A stretch of DNA of 64,000 bases from a virus (lineage: Duplodnaviria; Caudoviricetes), in IMG/VR virus record IMGVR_UViG_3300017708_001323, positions 3,780-67,779 of that record; one strand, written 5' to 3'. Within the stretch, counting starts at the first letter, position 1. Each line of letters opens with the position of its first letter. The notes beneath the pieces are model-generated. The model made no database searches. It was not told where the DNA came from and saw only the letters and a program-made list of their open reading frames with translations. Position numbers and translations under genes: made by a program. This document shows, piece after piece, positions 32,742-42,106 of the stretch.

Positions 32742-33872
32742 TTATTGTAGGTCCCTCACACTACCATGAGCACCAAAGAAAGTAGTCCATACTTCACCCA
32801 TGGTTCGGTATAGTCCTTCTTGGCCCAGTCTGTTAATTGCGAATGGGTCACCTGTTTCGATACCACTCTCATAATATTGTGTTGGAATTGCTGTACTAAA
32901 GTAAACGTAGTCTGTATCTAAGAAGTACATTCTACTGATTCCATCTTTAGGTACGTCCTTGGAAGGAATGATTGGAACACCGTTGTATGTTGCAACAATG
33001 AAACCAGCCTCGATTCCCGGTACACCCTTTACTCCGTTGTAAGTAGGTGTAACTCTCTTCTCTTCCATGAATCTCTGTTGTGACTGCAATAGTTGTTGTA
33101 GTCTCATTAGAGTATCATATCCAGTTAGAATAACTTTCGGGTTTCCTCCACGTTCCCAGATGTTCTGGAAAAGTGTATCTAATTGGTCCAAAGAAAGGTT
33201 CCTGTTAGCACTGCTTGCGTCTGCGTTATCTTCAGCAAAAGCCCAAGTGTTAGCACTTCGGTCAATTGAGTAAATATCTTCGTCACCAGCATCGTAGTGA
33301 GTACCAGCAGCCATTTGGTTGTTACCGACAGTAATTCTATCCAAAGACTCGAAGTTGTTAGCAGCAACGGTAGAAGCATCTGTTAGAAGCATCTTGTTTA
33401 CCATTTCTGCGTGGTGCTTACCCATCTCTTCTTTCATTACTGAACGAATGTCACCAAGACCGTCATCCTTGTCTGCAAGGAAGATTGCTGTCTCAGACAT
33501 ATCGAATGTGTGAGCAATGGTCTTTGGCTTTGCTGCAACATGTTGGAAAGTAGGCTTTACAGTCTCAGGTAGTGTTGCGTTTTCTGCAACTCCACCGTGT
33601 AGAGCACCGCCGTTAGGCTTTCCAGTAATTACACGCCATCCAGAACGGTCCCAAGGTCTCTTTGGTAGAATAGAGAACGCATTGAACTCTTGGTTCAGTT
33701 GCGACCATACTTTTCTACCATAGATTGCTTGGTAAGTACCAGCGGTTGTGGATAGCATTGGGCTATCCGATTTCAGTAGTTCGCTACCAGAGTATGAGTA
33801 ACCCATTGAGTTACCTGCACCATAGTAGTATCTTTCCATATCAGTTATTGTTCGTACATAATTTCTTGCCAT
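32742..33872 (-). CDS. Major capsid protein (HK97 fold), 376 aa
   Basis: Follows the prohead protease; motifs AIYGRKVWSQLN, GGVAENATLP, PKTIAHTF and ATYNGVPIIPS resemble halovirus/magrovirus MCPs. Confidence 0.9.
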   Translation of the reverse strand: MARNYVRTITDMERYYYGAGNSMGYSYSGSELLKSDSPMLSTTAGTYQAIYGRKVWSQLNQEFNAFSILPKRPWDRSGWRVITGKPNGGALHGGVAENATLPETVKPTFQHVAAKPKTIAHTFDMSETAIFLADKDDGLGDIRSVMKEEMGKHHAEMVNKMLLTDASTVAANNFESLDRITVGNNQMAAGTHYDAGDEDIYSIDRSANTWAFAEDNADASSANRNLSLDQLDTLFQNIWERGGNPKVILTGYDTLMRLQQLLQSQQRFMEEKRVTPTYNGVKGVPGIEAGFIVATYNGVPIIPSKDVPKDGISRMYFLDTDYVYFSTAIPTQYYESGIETGDPFAINRLGQEGLYRTMGEVWTTFFGAHGSVRDLQ

Positions 33873-33890
33873 TTTTCATCATCTCCTGTT

Positions 33891-35261
33891 TTATGCACTC
33901 CTAAATGCGCTGTTTGCAAGGTTGTGCACCTCATCCCATGACATTTCTGCCAAGTCTTCTGTAGAAGGAACGTTAATTGAAGGAACAGAATCTGCACTCT
34001 TTGCAAGTGTTTCACCTGTTTCTGCTGGTGTTGTGATTGAATCAATTCTCTCAGATAGAGAAGAAATTGCTTTTGAAATCTCATCTAATGGTCCACGAGC
34101 GTCAAATTCCATTGCAGTTGCTTTGGTAATTTCTGCTGTTCTTTCTGATTCATATCGGCTTGCGAAGTCATGTTCAAGGGATTTGCGTAGTTCCGCTTCT
34201 TCCATTGCTGCTTTGTAAACTTCGTATGCAGCCTCTACATCAGATGTAGATACCATATCAGGAGTTAAGAAATCGGATTTTGCAACTTTTCCACCACTAC
34301 CAGTAGTTTTACCTACAGCGTTAGTAGAAGGTGCACCGTTTTCTTGAGCACGACCTTTAACTTGAGCCGCGAAATAATCAGCACCATCGCCGATTGCTTC
34401 AGGGGTTGAGCCAAGGTTGGCTTTTTCGAGTCCATCGAAGTGACTTCTTGCACCGTTAACATCGACTCCAGCACTCTTTAGAGTGTCTTCCATCCAGTTT
34501 AGGTATTCAGAAGTAATGACATCGGAAAACTCTGACTTTTCTACGTCAGCATCTTCTTTCTTTTTGTCATCTTTTGCTTCTTTTTCATCGGCTTTCTCGG
34601 GTTTGTCTCCCTTCTTGTCCATCGCTTCTTTCAGAGCAGGAGGCATTGCTTTCTCCATATCATCAAGGCGACCTTCAAGGCGAGACAAGACATCAGTCAT
34701 TTGCGTCATAACATTATCATCGTTTGTCATATTTTTCACCATTTGGTCTTGTTTCAATATCCTAAAGGTGGCCTCAGGATTGATGCCCCTCTCACATATT
34801 GTAATCTCGTGAAGTTCTAGTTTGCTGATTTCTTGGTAATCACCGTGTTCAGCGTCTGATTTTCGGACACGCTTGAAAGCCTGTCCTCCAATACTAAAAC
34901 CACGAAGCGAACCCTTTCTTATTTCTGCGGCGACTTCTTTCGCCTTCTCAATGTCATCTCTCAAAGCAACGACAACAAACATTCCTGTGTCATCAACTTC
35001 GCTTTTCCACAAACGACCTTGGTTGTCGGTGTAAGAAGGAATAACCTCACCGACCTGTATATTTGAATGTGCTAACTGTACATTACGAAACTTTTCATCT
35101 TGCATGTACTTTGCAAAAGCATCTTTTAATGCATTTTTAGTAATTTTGTCACCTTGTTTATCAACAACTTCAACACTAGCATATCCAGCAACAACTAGGT
35201 CTCCACCTTTGAGAATAGTGATGCCTTGAGTATTACTGGAACGAACTGTCGCAGACATCAT
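33891..35261 (-). CDS. Prohead protease (HK97-type) fused to a scaffold region, 456 aa
   Basis: VVAGYASVEVVDKQGD, LAH, LRGFSIGG and LHEITIC..GINPEA motifs, followed by an acidic coiled-coil C-terminus. Confidence 0.9.
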   Translation of the reverse strand: MMSATVRSSNTQGITILKGGDLVVAGYASVEVVDKQGDKITKNALKDAFAKYMQDEKFRNVQLAHSNIQVGEVIPSYTDNQGRLWKSEVDDTGMFVVVALRDDIEKAKEVAAEIRKGSLRGFSIGGQAFKRVRKSDAEHGDYQEISKLELHEITICERGINPEATFRILKQDQMVKNMTNDDNVMTQMTDVLSRLEGRLDDMEKAMPPALKEAMDKKGDKPEKADEKEAKDDKKKEDADVEKSEFSDVITSEYLNWMEDTLKSAGVDVNGARSHFDGLEKANLGSTPEAIGDGADYFAAQVKGRAQENGAPSTNAVGKTTGSGGKVAKSDFLTPDMVSTSDVEAAYEVYKAAMEEAELRKSLEHDFASRYESERTAEITKATAMEFDARGPLDEISKAISSLSERIDSITTPAETGETLAKSADSVPSINVPSTEDLAEMSWDEVHNLANSAFRSA

Positions 35262-35284
35262 ACTCAGTGAAATCTATTGTTATA

Positions 35285-38200
35285 CTATTTATATGAAGCG
35301 GATTTTAATTTTTTCTTAGTATCTCTTTTAGCCTTAGGATAATCTTCAGGTTTCTCTGGTTCCTCAGTAGGTCTACTTCTCATATCATAATCAGGCATAG
35401 TGCTCTCATCTTGTAGAACTGTTGGTCCTCTTGGACTTCCGTTTGGTTCTCCCAAATCAATACCTAAACCCCTTCCTGCCATATTTGAATGCCCTTTATC
35501 TAGTGCGTCTAAACTCCTTTCTATAATTTCCAAGGCTTTTTCAAAATTAGGTTTAAGTAATCTATTCTTATCATCGGCATCTACAAGTCCCGCACTTTCT
35601 TCTTCTTGTATTTCTTCTCTAACTTTTTTATCTTCGGCAGGAAGTTTAGTTACTTTACCTTTCAACATTAAACTAGCAACTTGTCCCCAAAACGGCTTCA
35701 GACTTTCAGATAACTCTATGCTATATTCTCCTAGACCCATATCTGAAAGGGAAGTAGTTGGGGAATGAACCCAATATCCTAAAGAAGATTTTTCTAATTT
35801 ATAGATAACACTATCATCATTAGGTAAAGAAATTATGAGATTGTTATCTACAATATCAATATCGTGTGGTAAATGAATAGGAGGGAATGATTTAGCAAGT
35901 AGAGATAATGTCTCTAAACTTGCACTTCCTTCACCCTCACCTTCACCGACTAACTTACTTAATTGAACATTATATACATCTCTTTCATAGTTTTCATTCT
36001 TTTCTACACCAGTGAATCTTGCCCTAACAATCTCACCTTCTTCAAATGGTTTAGGACTAGTGATTGTTGCTACATCGACATAAACTTGGTCTTTGAAAGG
36101 AACAGCCCTATCCCCAAATCCTTCTTTGTCGATTACTGGCCCAGCGCCTAATCTGTAAATAAACTCAGGAGCCTCACCTCTTCTATCTAAAACAATTAGA
36201 TTTAAATCTCTATTCTTACGCAATAAAACCCACTTAGGATGTCTCTTTTCTCCTCGCATGTAAGTGGATTTATTATCTCTCAATAAAAGAGTAGAGTGTT
36301 CTTTACTCAAACTATCTACTGCATCTTTCAACCCTTCATCATCTGTAAATCGAGTATCATGTGGTCCACAAATTATCACTTCTTCATGGCTATCAAATTG
36401 TCCTCTTAAAACTTTAAATCTCTCTCTAACAGTCATATCCATAATATCTGTACCATCATAATGCATGATGTCAATTACGTGTAGATTCTTTTTGGATAGT
36501 ATAGCATCAAATGTAGCATCTTTTTCTCCTAATTTTTTGATGCCCGTTTTCACCCAATCAGGAACTGCACCTCTACTACCATCTTCATAATACGCTGTGA
36601 CTCTCTTATTTTTCTTAGTGATGACTAATCTCTTACCATCATACCATTTTGAGACACACCAACCACCAGTAAAACCTCTAAGTTCTTCTAATTGTTTAAA
36701 CTTGAATATTCTATGCATTGGTCTAATCGGCGGAACCCAACCCGGTTCCTTATCCCCTTTAATTAATAATTCATCAGGATTCAATAATAAGTTAGCATAA
36801 ACTCCCGCATCTTTTCCTAATAAATTTAGAGGGTCAGATGCCATAGATTGCACATCACCAAAACCTTCAGGTATTTTAGTTGCGTGAGATTGCTCACTTT
36901 CTAAAGGTCTAGTTTCAGCGTTTTGAATCTGAGCGCTCATCTCGTTACCAAATGCCACATTCAAATGTTGTGGAGCAGGTTCAGTTAATCTTTGTGTATG
37001 ATTTGTAGGATAAAAAGCAGGTTTACCACCTTCAAAAGATAAAGCACCTTCTGGTTTCATTTCTAATCCTGTTTTGAAACACTCCCCAAACAAGTTAGTT
37101 ACAGTAGGTCCACTACCATCATGTGAAACTGGTTGATTAAACCAATCTATTTTTTCAGTAGAAACTTTTGTGTCTAAAGGTGTATCTGAACCATCATGTA
37201 AAACTAAACCTCTTAGATTGTGTGTGGCCTCACTATGAGGGTGCATTTTAGGTGTAGTAGATTGAGACCCCCTTGTAATTTTCAAACCATACGGTCTACT
37301 TCTTTTACTTGTAGCAAAAGGTGTATTTTGTTCCGTTACCCCACTTTGTTTGTGATACTCGTCAACCGTATCACCTTCTAGATATGAAATACCTAAAGCC
37401 TGTGCGTGTTCTTTTTGTCCAAATAAATTTTTAATTAAACCACTTCTACTATGAACTGAGTTATTATCAGGTATGTCACCAATTAACTCAGCATGTAACT
37501 CATTCACATGATTATCTAAAGCCTTTTTCATATCTTCAAAATTCGCTGAGTCGTGCTCTATACCTATTTTTTCTAAATTACGAGAAAGACTCTTTTTAGT
37601 TAATTCAGGGTTTCTGGAATGCCTTTCCTCTATATTATTTAATAATCCAGAGAGAGAATTAAACTCTCTTTCTGTATTTCTTAAAGGTTCTAATCTCTCT
37701 ATTTCAGTTTTAAATTTTAATTTATCTTGTTCAGAAAATTTTGGTGTAAGATTACCTTCTTCATCTTTAGTAGTTTGATTTATATATTTTCTAAGATTAG
37801 AAATTCTAGTTTTTATGTCTTTAGTACCATGACCTGATTCTTCAAAGAGGTGTTCATCTATATCCCTATCATATTCTTCATTGAATAAATTAGATAATAT
37901 TTGTTTATTAGACATCAAGAATCTTCCCTCACCTTCAGGAATTGTGCCTAAAGTTTTTTTGATATGGGCTAAATGTTCTTTATCTAAAGGAAACCCTAAC
38001 TGTTCTGCTATTTCTTTTGCATTGGTTTCGCTATGTACTGGAATACCAGCCTGTTTTATAAAACTACCAAGACCATGTAGTTTAGAATCTAAAGGCATTT
38101 CTTCTTTAGAGAGTCCCCAATCTATAGTAGTAGGATGGGATATACCTAATTCTTCATAATACTCAGGCGGTAATACTTTCAAGGCTATATTTGCATCAGC

Positions 38201-40765
38201 AAATAATCTTGCAACATTCTCTCTAATTGCTGGATTACTTGGGTCTAAGAAACCATCAGGGTAATACTGAGTTAAATGTTTAGCCATTTCAGAAATAATA
38301 CGAGTATCACCATTTAATTTCTCATTAAGTTTATGCCCATGATAACTTCCTTCAAATAATCTAGCAGAAATTTCATCACCAACTTGATAATTATAAATAT
38401 CTGGGCCTTCTCTTAATTGTAATTTTTTAGCATAAAAAAGAGCATTTCTAGATGCTTTTTTATCTTTCATAGTCATTTCTTGAAAAGAGTTTTCTAGTGT
38501 ATCGCTTATATCTGTTACAACATCATCATCAACTATTCTTTCAATTCCCATTCCCCTTTCTAATCCATAAGGGTTATCCGAATTAGGATTTGTAGAGAAT
38601 AAAAAGGGTGATAAATCTTCAACAAACTTTTTTTGTTTATATTTTTCTTGATTGTTGTTTCTATCATTACCATGTAGTAGACTAGAAATTTGAGGATGAG
38701 TAGAATGATTTCTATCAGCATTTATAATATTAGCAAAACCTCCAACTTTTTTAATTAGGCTTTTGTTATGTTGTAAAGCATGAGAACTAATCTTACTTTC
38801 TTCTGGTCTTGGTAAGATTAAATGTCCAAACAAACCTTGATTTTGATTAGGAATTTTGTGGTCTCCTCTTGTTGAACCCATAATCGAATCCCCTTCTTTA
38901 GATGCTATTGGCCCATGTAATGACCTGAATAATGTGTGGAAATCCATTCCTAAAGCCGCCCCTCTATATGCAGGAGCGAATAAAGATGCAGGAGTCCCTC
39001 CCAAATCTTCCAAGGCTTTTCTTATTTCTGGAGAAGTAAAATCATCATGAGATTTATTACTCCCATAAAAATTGTAAGCATCTGTTAATTGGTTGTGTTT
39101 TGTCCCTAATCCTAAAAAGTCTTTTTTCTTTCTCATTAATTCTTTTAACATTTTATTATCTATTAAAGGACCAGAAAAGTTGTCATAAACTTCATGTTCT
39201 TCCATCTCATTACCGTCTGAATTAAAACCCAAAGAGTGTAAAAGATTTCTTTCAGGAACCATATTTTTAACACTTCTACTTTCTTTTGCTAGGACTTTTT
39301 TAAAATCATCACCGGATTCTCTTTTTAATTTTAGTAATCTTTTCTTACTCATATTAGGAAACGCTTGGAATAACCAACCATCCTCATCAATATCATGTCC
39401 CATAGAGTCATGTAAATTTTCTAAAGCAATTTCAGATAGAGGTTTTAGAATTTGGTCTTTACTTTTTTTATCATAAGTGATATCCCCAATAATTTTTCCA
39501 TCTTTATCTACAGGTACTCTTGCTGCTCTAAAAGCAGAATCAAAAGCAAATTTATCTTTATCGGTTTCAGGTAAATTAGACATTAATCTAGGAGTTATAT
39601 TATTATCCCCACCTAAATGTGGCTCATTAGAAGTAAATGTTTTTGCATTTGCACTTCTAGTTCTTAAGGTTCTTTTTAATCTACCCATAGGTAATTCAAA
39701 ACCATCATTAAATTTTAATAATTGCCTATTAGAATCACTCCCTTTATTTTTATCATGAAGATGTTCAAAAATCTTAGTTCTTTCCTCTGGTGAATACCAC
39801 TCTAAGCCTAATTTAAATGCTAAATCTGAAAGATATTCTGGGTGAGCCATATCTTTTGGGTTTTCTACATCAACCTCACTTTCATCACCGTAAAATGCTT
39901 GATATTCAGCGTCTACAGTTTCTGGATTTTCTTCATGTACTAAATTTTCCCAAGATTTTAATCTATCAGTAAAATGCTTTTGTCTTAACTCAAAATCACT
40001 AGAACCATCATCGTTATTTTCTTTCCAACGTTCAAAATCCCTATTGTACGCATCGACTTCATGACTTAATGTATTAGAGCCTTTACCTGTGTACAAAGGG
40101 CCAAGAAAACTATATCCACCCTTAACATTTTTTGAAACAGCATGATTACTTGTTTTAGTTAGATAATCTTCAACTGCTATTTCATATTTTTTTATTTTCT
40201 CAGCAATTGTTTTTTCACCTTCTTTTGCTGGTAAAAATTTTTTTGCTAATATATGAAAACGCATCGGTAAACCAGAAGAAGGTTCAATCCTATGAAGCGG
40301 ATTATGGTCTCTATCAAAAGGATGAGACTTAGGATAAATACTAGTTGGGTCTTTTTTAACTTCTAATTGAGCACCATGTCCCCTTGCTGCTGTATGTGGG
40401 ATGTGTTCGTCAGTATATTCTTCAATTCTAGATTTTATCCTATTTTTAAATGGGTCGTCTACACTATTGTGACCCCTTCTATCTAATCTTAGTAATGCTT
40501 TTTCTTCCCTAGATAGTATTCTTTTCTTTCTTTTTTCTTTAATTAATAAATCACAAACTTCTTCTTTCCAAGTAGGATTCAAATCAAATCCATTTGCATC
40601 AAGATTGGCTTTAGCAAAAACATACTCTTCAACATAAGTTGGAATATCTTCATCTAAAACAGAAACAGCGTTTACTAAATCGTCTCTTGCTCTTATGAAA
40701 ATATCAGCAGCATCTTCTTGCACACTAAAACCACCTTTTTCACTCGTTGGTCTTAGACTCTCCAC
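35285..40765 (-). CDS. 1826-aa head-module protein with a C-terminal degenerate ATP-dependent DNA ligase-like domain
   Basis: WCVSKWYDGKR, FDAIL, HVIDIMHYDG..RERFKVL and LLLRDNKSTY..RHPKWVLLR motifs plus an OB-like segment at about 35890-36760; the first ~1340 aa are unrecognised. Confidence 0.7.
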   Translation of the reverse strand: MESLRPTSEKGGFSVQEDAADIFIRARDDLVNAVSVLDEDIPTYVEEYVFAKANLDANGFDLNPTWKEEVCDLLIKEKRKKRILSREEKALLRLDRRGHNSVDDPFKNRIKSRIEEYTDEHIPHTAARGHGAQLEVKKDPTSIYPKSHPFDRDHNPLHRIEPSSGLPMRFHILAKKFLPAKEGEKTIAEKIKKYEIAVEDYLTKTSNHAVSKNVKGGYSFLGPLYTGKGSNTLSHEVDAYNRDFERWKENNDDGSSDFELRQKHFTDRLKSWENLVHEENPETVDAEYQAFYGDESEVDVENPKDMAHPEYLSDLAFKLGLEWYSPEERTKIFEHLHDKNKGSDSNRQLLKFNDGFELPMGRLKRTLRTRSANAKTFTSNEPHLGGDNNITPRLMSNLPETDKDKFAFDSAFRAARVPVDKDGKIIGDITYDKKSKDQILKPLSEIALENLHDSMGHDIDEDGWLFQAFPNMSKKRLLKLKRESGDDFKKVLAKESRSVKNMVPERNLLHSLGFNSDGNEMEEHEVYDNFSGPLIDNKMLKELMRKKKDFLGLGTKHNQLTDAYNFYGSNKSHDDFTSPEIRKALEDLGGTPASLFAPAYRGAALGMDFHTLFRSLHGPIASKEGDSIMGSTRGDHKIPNQNQGLFGHLILPRPEESKISSHALQHNKSLIKKVGGFANIINADRNHSTHPQISSLLHGNDRNNNQEKYKQKKFVEDLSPFLFSTNPNSDNPYGLERGMGIERIVDDDVVTDISDTLENSFQEMTMKDKKASRNALFYAKKLQLREGPDIYNYQVGDEISARLFEGSYHGHKLNEKLNGDTRIISEMAKHLTQYYPDGFLDPSNPAIRENVARLFADANIALKVLPPEYYEELGISHPTTIDWGLSKEEMPLDSKLHGLGSFIKQAGIPVHSETNAKEIAEQLGFPLDKEHLAHIKKTLGTIPEGEGRFLMSNKQILSNLFNEEYDRDIDEHLFEESGHGTKDIKTRISNLRKYINQTTKDEEGNLTPKFSEQDKLKFKTEIERLEPLRNTEREFNSLSGLLNNIEERHSRNPELTKKSLSRNLEKIGIEHDSANFEDMKKALDNHVNELHAELIGDIPDNNSVHSRSGLIKNLFGQKEHAQALGISYLEGDTVDEYHKQSGVTEQNTPFATSKRSRPYGLKITRGSQSTTPKMHPHSEATHNLRGLVLHDGSDTPLDTKVSTEKIDWFNQPVSHDGSGPTVTNLFGECFKTGLEMKPEGALSFEGGKPAFYPTNHTQRLTEPAPQHLNVAFGNEMSAQIQNAETRPLESEQSHATKIPEGFGDVQSMASDPLNLLGKDAGVYANLLLNPDELLIKGDKEPGWVPPIRPMHRIFKFKQLEELRGFTGGWCVSKWYDGKRLVITKKNKRVTAYYEDGSRGAVPDWVKTGIKKLGEKDATFDAILSKKNLHVIDIMHYDGTDIMDMTVRERFKVLRGQFDSHEEVIICGPHDTRFTDDEGLKDAVDSLSKEHSTLLLRDNKSTYMRGEKRHPKWVLLRKNRDLNLIVLDRRGEAPEFIYRLGAGPVIDKEGFGDRAVPFKDQVYVDVATITSPKPFEEGEIVRARFTGVEKNENYERDVYNVQLSKLVGEGEGEGSASLETLSLLAKSFPPIHLPHDIDIVDNNLIISLPNDDSVIYKLEKSSLGYWVHSPTTSLSDMGLGEYSIELSESLKPFWGQVASLMLKGKVTKLPAEDKKVREEIQEEESAGLVDADDKNRLLKPNFEKALEIIERSLDALDKGHSNMAGRGLGIDLGEPNGSPRGPTVLQDESTMPDYDMRSRPTEEPEKPEDYPKAKRDTKKKLKSASYK
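35286..35293 (-). promoter_or_regulatory. Archaeal-type TATA box for the protease/capsid operon
   Basis: TATAAATA on the minus strand about 25 nt upstream of the ATG at 35261; no obvious RBS, consistent with a leaderless transcript. Confidence 0.5.
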
Positions 40766-41366
40766 CGCTTGTTATTTCATGAGACTCGAAAGGTCTATCA
40801 TGAGTATTTACTGTAGGGGATAAAGTATCTAAGTTGTAAGCATAACTTGTAGCCCCTTTGTTAGCAACATCTTCTGAATCTAATAAATGTTGATTTGAAG
40901 TGTAATATGCGTTTCTAGTTTGTCCACCAGATTCCGCTACGAAAGTAACATCTTGAGGTTGTGTAGAGAAAGTAGTAATAAAGTTAGGATTTGCTTTTTT
41001 CATTTCACCGTATTTTTTCATACCGCAGCCCATCTTATTCAAACATTCAGATTTCTTCATTCCACAAGAGGGACATGTTTCTCCCTTCTCGACTTTACCA
41101 TGAGCCTTATCACACTGGGTTTTTTGTTTGGAAGAACAGTCGGAGTACTTCTTACCAAAGTTCTTCATACAATACTTGTCCTTATCAGCCATATCTGCTT
41201 TCTTCTTAGAGTCTTTATCACCTTTACCATCAGCAGCGAAGTGAGGAACTTTCTTACCATCGTGTTCTACCATCTGTAGTTTTTCTGCTTTTTTCAATAA
41301 TTTTTGAGCCTTATTCAAAAGGTCAATTGCATTGTTATCTACTTCACTATATCTTGGTCTTACCAT
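40740..41366 (-). CDS. Hypothetical Lys/Cys-rich head-module protein, 208 aa
   Basis: CPSC and other Cys pairs; repeated LxKA/VEKG motifs. Confidence 0.6.
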   Translation of the reverse strand: MVRPRYSEVDNNAIDLLNKAQKLLKKAEKLQMVEHDGKKVPHFAADGKGDKDSKKKADMADKDKYCMKNFGKKYSDCSSKQKTQCDKAHGKVEKGETCPSCGMKKSECLNKMGCGMKKYGEMKKANPNFITTFSTQPQDVTFVAESGGQTRNAYYTSNQHLLDSEDVANKGATSYAYNLDTLSPTVNTHDRPFESHEITSGGESKTNE

Positions 41367-41367
41367 C

Positions 41368-41706
41368 TTAATACAACTCCATTGGTGTTTTTACATTATC
41401 AGCCATGTCATGAATTTCTTCCCAACTCATTTCATGAATCTGTTCGTTAGTGTAATTGTCTAATTGCCCTTCTGATTTTTGAAGATTAATTGCTTCCTCT
41501 CCTCTAAAAGCATCCCCAGAGACATCTTCACTAAGAGGTGTGGAAATCCTAACAAAACCAGATTTTTTCAAAAGAGCAGCAGGGTTGTTCATCATATTTT
41601 TTAAGATTTCATTTTCCCTTCTTACTGCGTTTATGTCAGATTCCATAGATTCCATTTTCGTAATAAGAGCGTTAACCAATCGCTCTTCAGTGGTTTCTTC
41701 TGACAT
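41368..41706 (-). CDS. Putative scaffold-like protein, 112 aa
   Basis: N-terminal coiled coil; the C-terminal EMSWEEIHDMA matches the protease C-terminus EMSWDEVHNLA. Confidence 0.6.
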   Translation of the reverse strand: MSEETTEERLVNALITKMESMESDINAVRRENEILKNMMNNPAALLKKSGFVRISTPLSEDVSGDAFRGEEAINLQKSEGQLDNYTNEQIHEMSWEEIHDMADNVKTPMELY

Positions 41707-41715
41707 TTAACGCAC

Positions 41716-42075
41716 CTACTTTTGCCATCCGCCGAAAGTACCGGAGTGCTTTCTCATTTGATAATTAGTTCTTGCAGGAATAACTGTGCCTTTGAGAACT
41801 CTATCTCTTTGAGAGGTGTCAAAGTTTGTACCTCTTTCATTGAACTTCATTACAGGAACTCCGTTAGCAAAATCATTCACATGTTTTTCTTCAGCAGATT
41901 TCTGTATAGCGTAATGTAAGTCATCATTTAAGAAATTACTAACTTTCAAAACCTCTTGAAGATGAGATTTTGCTAACTCAGCATCTCCTAAATCTAAAGC
42001 CTCGGAAAAGGCTTTCGCGTGTAAATTCATCTTTCTTGCAAAGGAGTCCATCTTGGTTAGGTTCATGTTACTCAC
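41716..42075 (-). CDS. Hypothetical protein, 119 aa
   Basis: ORF downstream of the portal; helical N-terminus and an IQKS motif. Confidence 0.6.
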   Translation of the reverse strand: MSNMNLTKMDSFARKMNLHAKAFSEALDLGDAELAKSHLQEVLKVSNFLNDDLHYAIQKSAEEKHVNDFANGVPVMKFNERGTNFDTSQRDRVLKGTVIPARTNYQMRKHSGTFGGWQK

Positions 42076-42106
42076 TCGCTCCGTAGATATACCTGTTTAA
42101 TTACTG

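Noticed and set aside
35285-40765. Calling this gene a functional DNA ligase (lig)
   Set aside because: Catalytic motifs I, III, IV and V are all altered, so it is reported as ligase-like only.
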